From Eledone cirrhosa (lineage: Eukaryota), in contig OZ024740.1 in NCBI GenBank assembly GCA_964016885.1, positions 106,888,001-106,952,000 of the forward strand: a DNA stretch of 64,000 nucleotides. The letters run 5' to 3'. Under the pieces are notes generated by a model. The model saw only the letters and a program-made list of their open reading frames with translations. It searched no databases and was not told the origin of the DNA. A program made the position numbers and the translations under genes. Shown here piece after piece: positions 50,229 to 64,000 of the stretch. Position 1 is the first letter of the stretch. Each line of letters opens with the position of its first letter.

Positions 50229-51505
50229 AATACATATATACAAACATATATATACATATATATAAACATATATATACATATATCAACATAGATATAAACA
50301 TATATATACATAGATATAAACACATATATACATAGATATAAATATATATATACATAGATATAAACATATATATATATACATATATATATATCCCTATATA
50401 TATGTGTGTGTATGGAGAGAGACTGAGATAGGGAGAGAGATACATATGCATATACAGTTTTGACTAAGAATGCATACCGACCAATGTTATGTTACCACAC
50501 CATACATCTGGTAGCTGCAACACAAATGGACCTGTCATCATTTTTTTGTCACTTTTATTTATTTTTTCTTTACTCAGTATCTTTAATTCCTGTAAAATGG
50601 TTTGGGGGTTATATATTTGACGTCAAGGGAAATGTCTTTACTGCACCTTTCTGGCAAATTCTTTTGGTGGGGTTGGCAAAAACATATCAAATTGAATATT
50701 TGATTTTGTACATTTAATTAAAGCTTAAGATTTTTAAAAGGAGTAAAAAGGAATTGCATTAAGGGACTTCCTTTAGTTTTTCAAGAACATTAACCCTTTT
50801 AATATCAACCCACCCAAAACCGCCTCTTGTTCTATGAAACAAACCCACCAATTTTAAAGTGATTCTATATCAAATAAAATCTTCCAGCATAATGATATAT
50901 AAGAACCTTTTATTAATTTATTATGCTACAAATAAATTTATTATGCTACAAATATGATCTTAATAATGAAATAATTAATAATTTTAGTCAATCTCTCCAA
51001 TTTCTTCTTTAATAAATTCAATACGGTAAATATGGGTAAAATGGCATTTGTTTGGCAAATGACTTGATATGTGACCGTGAGCTAAAACTACAATTACATT
51101 GTGGCAGGGTCCTTCCTGTTAGTCATTCATAATGGTTAAAGCGAAATTTCTACGATATAATTAATGCCGTCGTTTCAATAAAATACGTAGGCTGCTTACG
51201 GCACTGATGTTTTGTAATAGACTGGAATGAAATGGATTGGACGTCCGTCGATTTCGACGATGAGTGTCCCGATTGTTCGATCAACACAACAGTCTGTTTG
51301 TGAAATTAAGGTGTAAATGGTTGAGTATTCCACAGACCAGCCAGTTGGAGGCAGTGAAATAGTATTTGACAGATATTATATTTTATCGACCCCAAAAGGA
51401 TGAAAGGCAAAGTTGACCACAGCGGGATTTAAAATTAAAACAAAGGGGAGGTGACTAAATAATGGAGAACATGTTTTCCAACACTCAAGCAATTCAAACA
51501 TTTGA

Positions 51506-52330
51506 TAGACTAAAAATAATTGTTTCTACTTTAGGCACAAGGCCAGTAATTACCCAGTGCATTACTGGTACTTTATTTTATCGACCCCGTAAGGATGAAA
51601 GGCAAAGTCAACCTCGGCGGGATTAGACTAAAAATAATGGTTTCTGATTCTGGCACAAGGTCAACAATTTTGGAGAAGAGCTGACTAAATGGACTCCAGT
51701 ACGTTACAGGTACATTATTTTAGTGACTCTAAGGGCGGTGGATTGGCAGTATCAGTAGAGGGTCGGACACCATGTTTTGCAGCATAGAGTTACGGCCCTT
51801 TATGATCTGAGTTCAAATCCCGCTAAGGTTAACTTTGTCTTTCATCCTTACGGGGTCGATAAAATAAAGTACCAGTCACGCACTGGGGTCGATTTAATCG
51901 ACTTTCCTCTCCCCAAGAATTGCTGGCCTTGCGCCTATATAAGAAACTGAAACCGAAAAGATGAAAGGCAAAGCTAACCTCGGCGCGATTTGAACGCATG
52001 ATAGACTAAATATAATTGTTTCTATTTTTGGCACAAGGCCAGAAATTAACCAGTTTATTACTGGTACTTTATTTTATCGACCCCGTAAGGATGAAAGTTA
52101 AAGTTAACCTCGGCGGTATTTGAACTCAGAATGGCAAGAGCCATAACTCTATGCGTCAAAGCATGGCGTGCGACTCTCTACCGATACTGCCAATCCATTG
52201 ATAGAATAAAAATAATTGTTTCTACTTTAGGCACAAGGCCAGCAATTACCCAGTGCATTACTGGTACTTTATTTTATCGACCCCGTAAGGATGAAAGGCA
52301 AAGTCAACCTCGGCGGGATTTGAACTAAAA
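51506..52330. mobile_element. Cluster of five SINE copies: four on -, one on + nested inside a - copy
   Basis: Repeated TTGTTTCTA..TTAGGCACAAGGCCAG...ATCGACCCCGTAAGGATGAAAG; + copy at ~51733-51947. Confidence 0.85.
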
Positions 52331-53089
52331 TTATTCCTACTACGGCAGTTCGATATTGAACCTCTCACCTCGTTACGAAACAATAAATACCCATTACTCC
52401 TACCAACGAAGCAACCAGCGAATTAAAAATAATACCAATTAAACATACTACCTTTGGTCTTTATTTTCCTTTAAAATTTATTATAACGGGCGAAGTGTTC
52501 TAAAATCTTATAGAAACTTCTAAGCCTATAAACATGTGCATACCAAAATATGTTGGCATCTGATAAGAATTACTGATGTTATCTGCCTTGTTGCAACTCC
52601 TGAGAGAAGAAGATGGGACTCGAACTCCTCATAATATTTAGGGTCAAATCAGATACCACAAACAAAGCATCCTGTCCGACACTTTAACAATTCCGTCAAT
52701 CTACCCAGGGGCGTTGGATAAGCAGAATTGTTAAAGAGTTAGACAGGAGGCTTCGTGGTATCTAATCTGGCTTTGTGCGTTGTGGGTTCAAATTCCGCTT
52801 CCTTCTGCCAGGAATAGCAACCGACAGACAGTATCAACACTGGAAAAACCAATGGCAACACAGTTTCTTTCGTCAGCGCTGATGCTTGACACATTAACGA
52901 ATAAAATTTAAAAAGCTGTTAAGTACAAAAAACAATCCTCAATTTTTCACGTGTTCCAGGATAGTTGCCGTATCAATTCTTTCTGCCTTTTACATTGAGC
53001 TTCTAAATAAAAATTAAAAGTCAAAATATTAGTGATTAATCTTATCAAATAAAAATTACAATATATGTTATACACACACACACACGCAA

Positions 53090-53099
<10 letters not shown>

Positions 53100-53167
<68 letters not shown>
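53100..53167. repeat. (GA)n microsatellite with adjoining (CA)n and (TA)n
   Basis: Seen directly. Confidence 0.97.
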
Positions 53168-53168
<1 letters not shown>

Positions 53169-53180
53169 TATATATATGTG

Positions 53181-53217
<37 letters not shown>

Positions 53218-53301
53218 GTATATATATATATGTATATATATATATAGCGGCGATGAATTAGTTTTGCGAGGTTTTTTATATGAAATCGTGTGTCGAAACA
53301 A

Positions 53302-54649
53302 ATATTGTTATACTTGGGGAGGGTCATATTTGTGTAATATTGCCAGAATTAATAACAGAACACACTCACTGTTTGGTTGGTTTTCGCTTCTCGCTTCTCT
53401 GTCTTTTATATCGGTAATCTAACTTACTCGGTCCTCAATGTTGCCATTGACTGACCGACGGTCAAAAATAATACAGATACAATATAGACACAAACACATA
53501 TATATAGTTTATCATAAATCTTTCGTTGCACATCTGCAACATCGTCAGTGGTGTTATATTTTCCTCCTGTTGTATTGTATGTCTACGCCATTTTTATTCA
53601 GTCTGTCTATATATTTATTTATTTATTTGCTTGTTTGTTTATTTTTTTTTTTTTTTGTCTTCTTAGCGCATGCGTTTGCGTGTGTGTATAGTGTTTTGTT
53701 TGCTGTGTTATGGGTGACTAGTGTGTGTTTATGTGCTTGTTGTTATTGTACTTGTGTATGTATTTATTTATTTATTTTATTTTATTTACTTATTTATACT
53801 TCTCTTAGGTCAGTGTTGTTTGTTTGGGTGTTGTTGTTATTCCATTCATTCTTTCTGTTTAGCCTTGGTCTTCTAATTTCTATTTCACTGGCCTCTCTGA
53901 TTTGCCTATCTGCTGGGTCATTTCTATGTTTAGATATTATTCTAATTTCTATGTTGTCTATGTTACCGTCATGTTGACAACAACATGACGGTAACATAGA
54001 CAACATAGAAATTAGAATAATATCTAAACATAGAAATGACCCAGCAGATAGGCAAATCAGAGAGGCCAGTGAAATAGAAATTAGAAGACCAAGGCTAAAC
54101 AGAAAGAATGAATGGAATAACAACAACACCCAAACAAACAACACTGACCTAAGAGAAGTATAAATAAGTAAATAAAATAAAATAAATAAATAAATAAATA
54201 CATACACAAGCACAATAACAACAAGCACATAAACACACACTAGTCACCCATCACACAGCAAACAAAACACTATACACACACGCAAACGCATGCGCAAGGA
54301 AGACAAAATAAAATAAACAAACAAGCAAATAAATAAATAAATATATAGACAGACTGAATAAAAATGGCGTAGACATACAATACAACAGGAGGAAAATATA
54401 ACACCACTGACGATGTTGCAGATGTGCAACGAAAGATTTATGATAAACTATATATATGTGTTTGTGTCTATATTGTATCTGTATTATTTTTGACCGTCGG
54501 TCAGTCAATGGCAACATTGAGGACCGAGTAAGTTAGATTACCGATATAAAAGACACAGAAGTGAGAAGCGAAAACCAACCAAACAGTGAGTGTGTTCTTT
54601 TATTAATTCTGGCAATATTACACAAATATGACCCTCCCCAAGTATAACA

Positions 54650-54653
<4 letters not shown>
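53302..54653. mobile_element. 1.35-kb palindrome of two head-to-head Penelope-like 3' ends
   Basis: Arms 53302-53976 and 53981-54653, 4-nt loop ACAA; each arm read outward encodes IRIISKHRNDPADRQIREASEIEIRRPRLNRKNEW, resembling a PLE GIY-YIG C-terminus. Confidence 0.85.
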
Positions 54654-54681
<28 letters not shown>

Positions 54682-55353
54682 GTAGTAAAATACCGATAAT
54701 TTTCGAAAAGCCGGTACAATGCAGTAGAAAATTATGAAGGGCAGATGATGACAAATAAAACAAAATGTTTTACCCAGTGGATTTTAGCATGATATTTCAG
54801 CGCTATAACCCTCTTTTCAGATGCGAAGCTGAAACAATACAAAACCAAACAAAACTAGCGATCGAAGTATTCTTCCTTAACTGGACTATGTGTCTGCAAA
54901 GAGCATGAGTGGCATCGCTATAGTAACTATTCTGACGCGTGCATTTCTGACCTATTATTTATCCTTGGTTTTATTCGGCTGATGAAAATGATCGCTTTAT
55001 ATATATATACAATCATGCGCGCGCGTGTGTATGTGAAGTAAATTTGCATTGATCGGGAATTAAAACCGCGTTGTCGTCTCCTTTTGATGAGAGCTTATTT
55101 TCAGTTCTAGGCCAGTGAATTTTGTCAAACGATATTGGTTTCCAATTGAGGCACAAGGTCATCAATTTGAGGGGGAAAGAAAATCGATCATATTACCCCC
55201 AGTACCGACCTCGAAAAATAAAAGCAACATTGACCTTGGTGCGATTTGAACGCAGAACGTAAAGAACAGAAACAAATTCCGCAGAGCATTTTCCCCACTA
55301 TCTAATGATTCTGCGAATCCACGGTTACTAGCTTCGAGAAGAAGCTGGAACTA

Positions 55354-55536
55354 CGAGAGTCGGCTTAAAAGTTCATAGGCTGACCAAGAAACCTTCAGGG
55401 AACCAAATGAGGTTTATTTTTCAACATAGTCCCTTGAAAGAAACAAGGCAGTTATTAATTGAAGAGTTGAAATTAATGCATGCAAGATTTCATCACTCAT
55501 TCATAGTCAACCTATGAATTTTTCAGACTATCCTCG
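55354..55536. mobile_element. Mariner-type MITE (uninterrupted relative of 42605-43143, opposite orientation)
   Basis: TA-CGAGAGTCGGCTTAAAAGTTCATAGGCTGAC...CCTATGAATTTTTCAGACTATCCTCG-TA. Confidence 0.8.
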
Positions 55537-55984
55537 TATATATACAGTTAATAAGGCTCTACCAACATCGTCGTAAACGTATGCATGGCTTTGTGGTGCA
55601 GAAGTTTGCTTCACGATCATGAAGTCCTAGATTCGATTCCACTATGTGACATTTTGGGTAAATGTTATTTAGCATGACAATGGATTGGTTGAAGCCTGTG
55701 AGTGAAATTAGATAGATAGAAATTATGTGGAAGACCGTCTGATGGATTATACTTGTAATTCAATAGTGTTGGCGTTAGCACAGAGTGAAAGCCTATCCGT
55801 GAGTTGGATTGTAGCTGTAATTCAATGCTCCAGCCTTGTGTCATGCTAATTTTACCTAAGCATTACGTTAAAGGTAACCGCAAATCTGAGTCGGACTTTC
55901 AAATAATCTAACGACTGAATGCTCATCACCAGTACCATGCGATTTCTAAATAATTCTGTGTATGAAATTGTCTAGGATTGGCTG

Positions 55985-58900
55985 GTAGAATATCTGTGTA
56001 TGTTATAGTCCATGACTGGCTGTGAGAATATGTGTATATCTGTATGGGATATTGTGTATGACTGGATGTGAGAATATGTGTATATCTGTATGTTATAGTC
56101 CATGACTGGATGTGAGAATATGTGTATATCTGTATGTGATATTGTGTATGACTGGCTGTGAGAATATGTGTATATCTGTATGTGATATTGTGTATGACTG
56201 GTTGTGAGAATATGTGTATATCTGTATGTTATAGTCCATGACTGGATGTGAGAATATGTGTATATCTGTATGTGATATTGTGTATGACTGGTTGTGAGAA
56301 TATGTGTATATCTGTATGTGATATTGTGTATGACTGGTTGTGAGAATATGTGTATATCTGTATGGAATATTGTGTATGACTGGTTGTGAGAATATGTGTA
56401 TATCTGTATGGGATATTGTGTATGACTGGTTGTGAGAATATGTGTATATCTGTATGGGATATTGTGTATGACTGGATGTGAGAATATGTGTATATCTGTA
56501 TGGGATATTGTGTATGACTGGATGTGAGAATATGTGTATATCTGTATGTGATATTGTGTATGACTGGTTGTGAGAATATGTGTATATCTGTATGGGATAT
56601 TGTGTATGACTGGTTGTGAGAATATGTGTATATCTGTATGGGATAGTGTGTATGACTGGTTGTGAGAATATGTGTATATCTGTATGGGATATTGTGTATG
56701 ACTGGTTGTGAGAATATGTGTATATCTGTATGGGATATTGTGTATGACTGGCTGTGAGAATATGTGTATATCTGTATGGGATATTGTGTATGACTGGATG
56801 TGAGAATATGTGTATATCTGTATGTGATATTGTGTATGACTGGTTGTGAGAATATGTGTATATCTGTATGTGATATTGTGTATGACTGGTTGTGAGAATA
56901 TGTGTATATCTGTATGGGATATTGTGTATGACTGGTTGTGAGAATATGTGTATATCTGTATGGGATATTGTGTATGACTGGTTGTGAGAATATGTGTATA
57001 TCTGTATGGGATATTGTGTATGACTGGCTGTGAGAATATGTGTATATCTGTATGGGATATTGTGTATGACTGGATGTGAGAATATGTGTATATCTGTATG
57101 GGATATTGTGTATGACTGGTTGTGAGAATATGTGTATATCTGTATGTTATAGTCCATGACTGGATGTGAGAATATGTGTATATCTGTATGGGATATTGTG
57201 TATGACTGGCTGTGAGAATATGTGTATATCTGTATGTGATATTGTGTATGACTGGATGTGAGAATATGTGTATATCTGTATGTTATATTGTGTATGACTG
57301 GATGTGAGAATATGTGTATATCTGTATGTGATATTGTGTATGACTGGCTGTGAGAATATGTGTATATCTGTATGTGATATTGTGTATGACTGGTTGTGAG
57401 AATATGTGTATATCTGTATGTTTTAGTCCATGACTGGCTGTGAGAATATGTGTATATCTGTATGTGATATTGTGTATGACTGGCTGTGAGAATATGTGTA
57501 TATCTGTATGTGATATTGTCCATGACTGGATGTGAGAATATGTGTATATCTGTATGGGATATTGTGTATGACTGGTTGTGAGAATATGTGTATATCTGTA
57601 TGTGATATTGTCCATGACTGGATGTGAGAATATGTGTATATCTGTATGGGATATTGTGTATGACTGGCTGTGAGAATATGTGTATATCTGTATGTTATAG
57701 TCCATGACTGGATGTGAGAATATGTGTATATCTGTATGTGATATTGTGTATGACTGGTTGTGAGAATATGTGTATATCTGTATGTGATATTGTGTATGAC
57801 TGGATGTGAGAATATGTGTATATCTGTATGTGATATTGTGTATGACTGGATATGAGAATATGTGTATATCTGTATGTTATAGTCCATGATTGGCTGTAAG
57901 AATATGTGTATATCTGTATGTGATATTGTGTATGACTGGTTGTGAGAATATGTGTATATCTGTATGTGATATTGTGTATCACTGGCTGTGAGAATATGTG
58001 TATATCTGTATGTGATATTGTGTATGACTGACTGTGAGAATATGTGTATATCTGTATGTGATATTGTGTATGACTGGCTGTGAGAATATGTGTATATCTG
58101 TATGTGATATTGTGTATGACTGGCTGTGAGAATATGTGTATATCTGTATGTGATATTGTGTATGACTGGTTGTGAGAATATGTGTATATCTGTATGTGAT
58201 ATTGTGTATGACTGGTTGTGAGAATATGTGTATATCTGTATGTGATATTGTGTATGACTGGTTGTGAGAATATGTGTATATCTGTATGTGATATTGTGTA
58301 TGACTGGTTGTGAGAATATGTGTATATCTGTATGGGATATTGTGTATGACTGGTTGTGAGAATATGTGTATATCTGTATGTTATAGTCCATGACTGGATG
58401 TGAGAATATGTGTATATCTGTATGGGATATTGTGTATGACTGGCTGTGAGAATATGTGTATATCTGTATGTGATATTGTGTATGACTGGCTGTGAGAATA
58501 TGTGTATATCTGTATGGGATATTGTGTATGACTGGCTGTGAGAATATGTGTATATCTGTATGTGATATTGTGTATGACTGGCTGTGAGAATATGTGTATA
58601 TCTGTATGGGATATTGTGTATGACTGGCTGTGAGAATATGTGTATATCTGTATGGGATATTGTGTATGACTGGTTGTGAGAATATGTGTATATCTGTATG
58701 TTATAGTCCATGACTGGCTGTGAGAATATGTGTATATCTGTATGTGATATTGTGTATGACTGGCTGTGAGAATATGTGTATATCTGTATGTTATAGTCCA
58801 TGACTGGCTGTGAGAATATGTGTATATCTGTATGTGATATTGTGTATGACTGGCTGTGAGAATATGTGTATATCTGTATGGGATATTGTGTATGACTGGT

Positions 58901-61900
58901 TGTGAGAATATGTGTATATCTGTATGGGATATTGTGTATGACTGGTTGTGAGAATATGTGTATATCTGTATGTGATATTGTGTATGACTGGATGTGAGAA
59001 TATGTGTATATCTGTATGTTATATTGTGTATGACTGGCTGTGAGAATATGTGTATATCTGTATGTTATATTGTGTATGACTGGTTGTGAGAATATGTGTA
59101 TATCTGTATGTGATATTGTGTATGACTGGTTGTGAGAATATGTGTATATCTGTATGGGATATTGTGTATGACTGGCTGTGAGAATATGTGTATTTCTGTA
59201 TGTTATATTGTGTATGACTGGCTGTGAGAATATGTGTATATCTGTATGTGATATTGTGTATGACTGGCTGTGAGAATATGTGTATATCTGTATGTGATAT
59301 TGTGTATGACTGGCTGTGAGAATATGTGTATATCTGTATGTGATATTGTGTATGACTGGCTGTGAGAATATGTGTATATCTGTATGTGATATTGTGTATG
59401 ACTGGCTGTGATAATATGTGTATATCTGTATGTGATATTGTGTATGACTGGCTGTGAGAATATGTGTATATCTGTATGTGATATTGTGTATGACTGGCTG
59501 TGAGAATATGTGTATATCTGTATGTGATATTGTGTATGACTGGCTGTGAGAATATGTGTATATCTGTATGTGATATTGTGTATGACTGGCTGTGAGAATA
59601 TGTGTATATCTGTATGTGATATTGTGTATGACTGGCTGTGAGAATATGTGTATATCTGTATGTGATATTGTGTATGACTGGCTGTGAGAATATGTGTATA
59701 TCTGTATGTGATATTGTGTATGACTGGATGTGAGAATATGTGTATATCTGTATGGGATATTGTGTATGACTGGATGTGAGAATATGTGTATATCTGTATG
59801 GGATATTGTGTATGACTGGATGTGAGAATATGTGTATATCTGTATGGGATATTGTGTATGACTGGCTGTGAGAATATGTGTATATCTGTATGTTATATTG
59901 TGTATGACTGGATGTGAGAATATGTGTATATCTGTATGGGATATTGTGTATGACTGGCTGTGAGAATATGTGTATATCTGTATGTGATATTGTGTATGAC
60001 TGGATGTGAGAATATGTGTATATCTGTATGTGATATTGTGTATGACTGGCTGTGAGAATATGTGTATATCTGTATGTTATAGTCCATGACTGGCTGTGAG
60101 AATATGTGTATATCTGTATGGGATATTGTGTATGACTGGCTGTGAGAATATGTGTATATCTGTATGTGATAGTCCATGACTGGATGTGAGAATATGTGTA
60201 TATCTGTATGTTATAGTCCATGACTGGTTGTGAGAATATGTGTATATCTGTATGTGATATTGTGTATGACTGGCTGTGAGAATATGTGTATATCTGTATG
60301 TGATAGTCCATGACTGGTTGTGAGAATATGTGTATATCTGTATGTGATATTGTGTATGACTGACTGTGAGAATATGTGTATATCTGTATGTGATAGTCCA
60401 TGACTGGTTGTGAGAATATGTGTATATCTGTATGTGATATTGTGTATGACTGGCTGTGAGAATATGTGTATATCTGTATGTGATAGTCCATGACTGGTTG
60501 TGAGAATATGTGTATATCTGTATGTGATATTGTGTATGACTGGTTGTGAGAATATGTGTATATCTGTATGTGATATTGTGTATGACTGGATGTGAGAATA
60601 TGTGTATATCTGTATGTGATATTGTGTATGACTGGTTGTGAGAATATGTGTATATCTGTATGGGATATTGTGTATGACTGGCTGTGAGAATATGTGTATA
60701 TCTGTATGGGATATTGTGTATGACTGGCTGTGAGAATATGTGTATATCTGTATGGGATATTGTGTATGACTGGCTGTGAGAATATGTGTATATCTGTATG
60801 GGATATTGTGTATGACTGGCTGTGAGAATATGTGTATATCTGTATGGGATATTGTGTATGACTGGATGTGAGAATATGTGTATATCTGTATGTTATAGTC
60901 CATGACTGGTTGTGAGAATATGTGTATATCTGTATGGGATATTGTGTATGACTGGATGTGAGAATATGTGTATATCTGTATGGGATATTGTGTATGACTG
61001 GATGTGAGAATATGTGTATATCTGCATGTTATAGTCCATGACTGGCTGTGAGAATATGTGTATATCTGTATGGGATATTGTGTATGACTGGCTGTGAGAA
61101 TATGTGTATATCTGTATGGGATATTGTGTATGACTGGCTGTGAGAATATGTGTATATCTGTATGTGATATTGTGTATGACTGGCTGTGAGAATATGTGTA
61201 TATCTGTATGGGATATTGTGTATGACTGGCTGTGAGAATATGTGTATATCTGTATGGGATATTGTGTATGACTGGCTGTGAGAATATGTGTATATCTGTA
61301 TGTTATAGTCCATGACTGGATGTGAGATTATGTGTATATCTGTATGTGATATTGTGTATGACTGGATGTGAGAATATGTGTATATCTGTATGGGATATTG
61401 TGTATGACTGGCTGTGAGAATATGTGTATATCTGTATGTGATATTGTGTATGACTGGATGTGAGAATATGTGTATATCTGTATGTTATATTGTGTATGAC
61501 TGGATGTGAGAATATGTGTATATCTGTATGTGATATTGTGTATGACTGGCTGTGAGAATATGTGTATATCTGTATGTGATATTGTGTATGACTGGATGTG
61601 AGAATATGTGTATATCTGTATGTTATATTGTGTATGACTGGATGTGAGAATATGTGTATATCTGTATGTGATATTGTGTATGACTGGCTGTGAGAATATG
61701 TGTATATCTGTATGTGATATTGTGTATGACTGGTTGTGAGAATATGTGTATATCTGTATGTTATAGTCCATGACTGGCTGTGAGAATATGTGTATATCTG
61801 TATGTGATATTGTGTATGACTGGCTGTGAGAATATGTGTATATCTGTATGTGATATTGTCCATGACTGGATGTGAGAATATGTGTATATCTGTATGGGAT

Positions 61901-64000
61901 ATTGTGTATGACTGGTTGTGAGAATATGTGTATATCTGTATGTGATATTGTCCATGACTGGATGTGAGAATATGTGTATATCTGTATGTGATATTGTGTA
62001 TGACTGGTTGTGAGAATATGTGTATATCTGTATGTGATATTGTCCATGACTGGATGTGAGAATATGTGTATATCTGTATGGGATATTGTGTATGACTGGC
62101 TGTGAGAATATGTGTATATCTGTATGTTATAGTCCATGACTGGATGTGAGAATATGTGTATATCTGTATGTGATATTGTGTATGACTGGTTGTGAGAATA
62201 TGTGTATATCTGTATGTGATATTGTGTATGACTGGATGTGAGAATATGTGTATATCTGTATGTGATATTGTGTATGACTGGATATGAGAATATGTGTATA
62301 TCTGTATGTTATAGTCCATGATTGGCTGTGAGAATATGTGTATATCTGTATGTGATATTGTGTATGACTGGTTGTGAGAATATGTGTATATCTGTATGTG
62401 ATATTGTGTATGACTGGCTGTGAGAATATGTGTATATCTGTATGTGATATTGTGTATGACTGACTGTGAGAATATGTGTATATCTGTATGTGATATTGTG
62501 TATGACTGGCTGTGAGAATATGTGTATATCTGTATGTGATATTGTGTATGACTGGCTGTGAGAATATGTGTATATCTGTATGGGATATTGTGTATGACTG
62601 GCTGTGAGAATATGTGTATATCTGTATGGGATATTGTGTATGACTGGCTGTGAGAATATGTGTATATCTGTATGGGATATTGTGTATGACTGGATGTGAG
62701 AATATGTGTATATCTGTATGTTATAGTCCATGACTGGTTGTGAGAATATGTGTATATCTGTATGGGATATTGTGTATGACTGGATGTGAGAATATGTGTA
62801 TATCTGTATGGGATATTGTGTATGACTGGATGTGAGAATATGTGTATATCTGTATGTTATAGTCCATGACTGGCTGTGAGAATATGTGTATATCTGTATG
62901 GGATATTGTGTATGACTGGCTGTGAGAATATGTGTATATCTGTATGGGATATTGTGTATGACTGGCTGTGAGAATATGTGTATATCTGTATGTGATATTG
63001 TTTATGACTGGCTGTGAGAATATGTGTATATCTGTATGGGATATTGTGTATGACTGGCTGTGAGAATATGTGTATATCTGTATGGGATATTGTGTATGAC
63101 TGGCTGTGAGAATATGTGTATATCTGTATGTTATAGTCCATGACTGGATGTGAGATTATGTGTATATCTGTATGTGATATTGTGTATGACTGGATGTGAG
63201 AATATGTGTATATCTGTATGGGATATTGTGTATGACTGGCTGTGAGAATATGTGTATATCTGTATGTGATATTGTGTATGACTGGATGTGAGAATATGTG
63301 TATATCTGTATGTTATATTGTGTATGACTGGATGTGAGAATATGTGTATATCTGTATGTGATATTGTGTATGACTGGCTGTGAGAATATGTGTATATCTG
63401 TATGTGATATTGTGTATGACTGGATGTGAGAATATGTGTATATCTGTATGTTATATTGTGTATGACTGGATGTGAGAATATGTGTATATCTGTATGTGAT
63501 ATTGTGTATGACTGGCTGTGAGAATATGTGTATATCTGTATGTGATATTGTGTATGACTGGTTGTGAGAATATGTGTATATCTGTATGTTATAGTCCATG
63601 ACTGGCTGTGAGAATATGTGTATATCTGTATGTGATATTGTGTATGACTGGCTGTGAGAATATGTGTATATCTGTATGTGATATTGTCCATGACTGGATG
63701 TGAGAATATGTGTATATCTGTATGGGATATTGTGTATGACTGGTTGTGAGAATATGTGTATATCTGTATGTGATATTGTCCATGACTGGATGTGAGAATA
63801 TGTGTATATCTGTATGTGATATTGTGTATGACTGGTTGTGAGAATATGTGTATATCTGTATGTGATATTGTCCATGACTGGATGTGAGAATATGTGTATA
63901 TCTGTATGGGATATTGTGTATGACTGGCTGTGAGAATATGTGTATATCTGTATGTTATAGTCCATGACTGGATGTGAGAATATGTGTATATCTGTATGTG
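55985..64000. repeat. Tandem satellite with a 46-bp unit (GACTGG[C/T/A]TGTGAGAATATGTGTATATCTGTATG[G/T]GATATTGTGTAT) interspersed with a 44-bp variant (...TATGTTATAGTCCAT); continues past the window end
   Basis: GACTGG recurs at 56014, 56060 (46 bp) and 56104 (44 bp), and onward. Confidence 0.98.

Noticed and set aside
54780-54830. CTGAAAA...GAAA hammerhead-like string (minus strand); similar partial string near 40875-40900
   Set aside because: C3-A8 mismatch or missing core, and stem I does not close; at best decayed
55985-64000. CRISPR-like array or genuine repeat-protein gene
   Set aside because: No unique spacers and no cas genes; the unit length is not a multiple of 3 and variation is not codon-patterned

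Overview
AT-rich, repeat-saturated animal genomic DNA. The SINE families resemble those of octopus/coleoid cephalopods (inference from recalled repeat motifs, not a search). No host protein-coding gene, tRNA, rRNA or CRISPR array is supportable, and nearly all short ORFs are antisense shadows or microsatellite translations. Main contents: (1) 4.5-27.9 kb is a chain of seven non-LTR retrotransposon copies threaded on (ATT)n microsatellite. Three Tx1/L1-clade copies lie on + and four R4/Dong-clade copies on -. (2) Several Penelope-like (PLE) remnants and fold-back palindromes end in (TA)n, and five carry hammerhead ribozyme motifs of the minimal palindromic-stem-III type: three with the canonical core and two with a U3-A8 core covariation. 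(3) A CR1-group LINE sits inside a (TA)n array, with a double-CCCH ORF1 and an ATG-less ORF2 overlapping it in the -1 frame at a U_UUU_UUA slippery site. (4) Nested MITEs and SINEs have visible target-site duplications. (5) An 8-kb 46/44-bp satellite with higher-order duplications runs to the window end. Coordinates were read by eye and may be off by a few bases.
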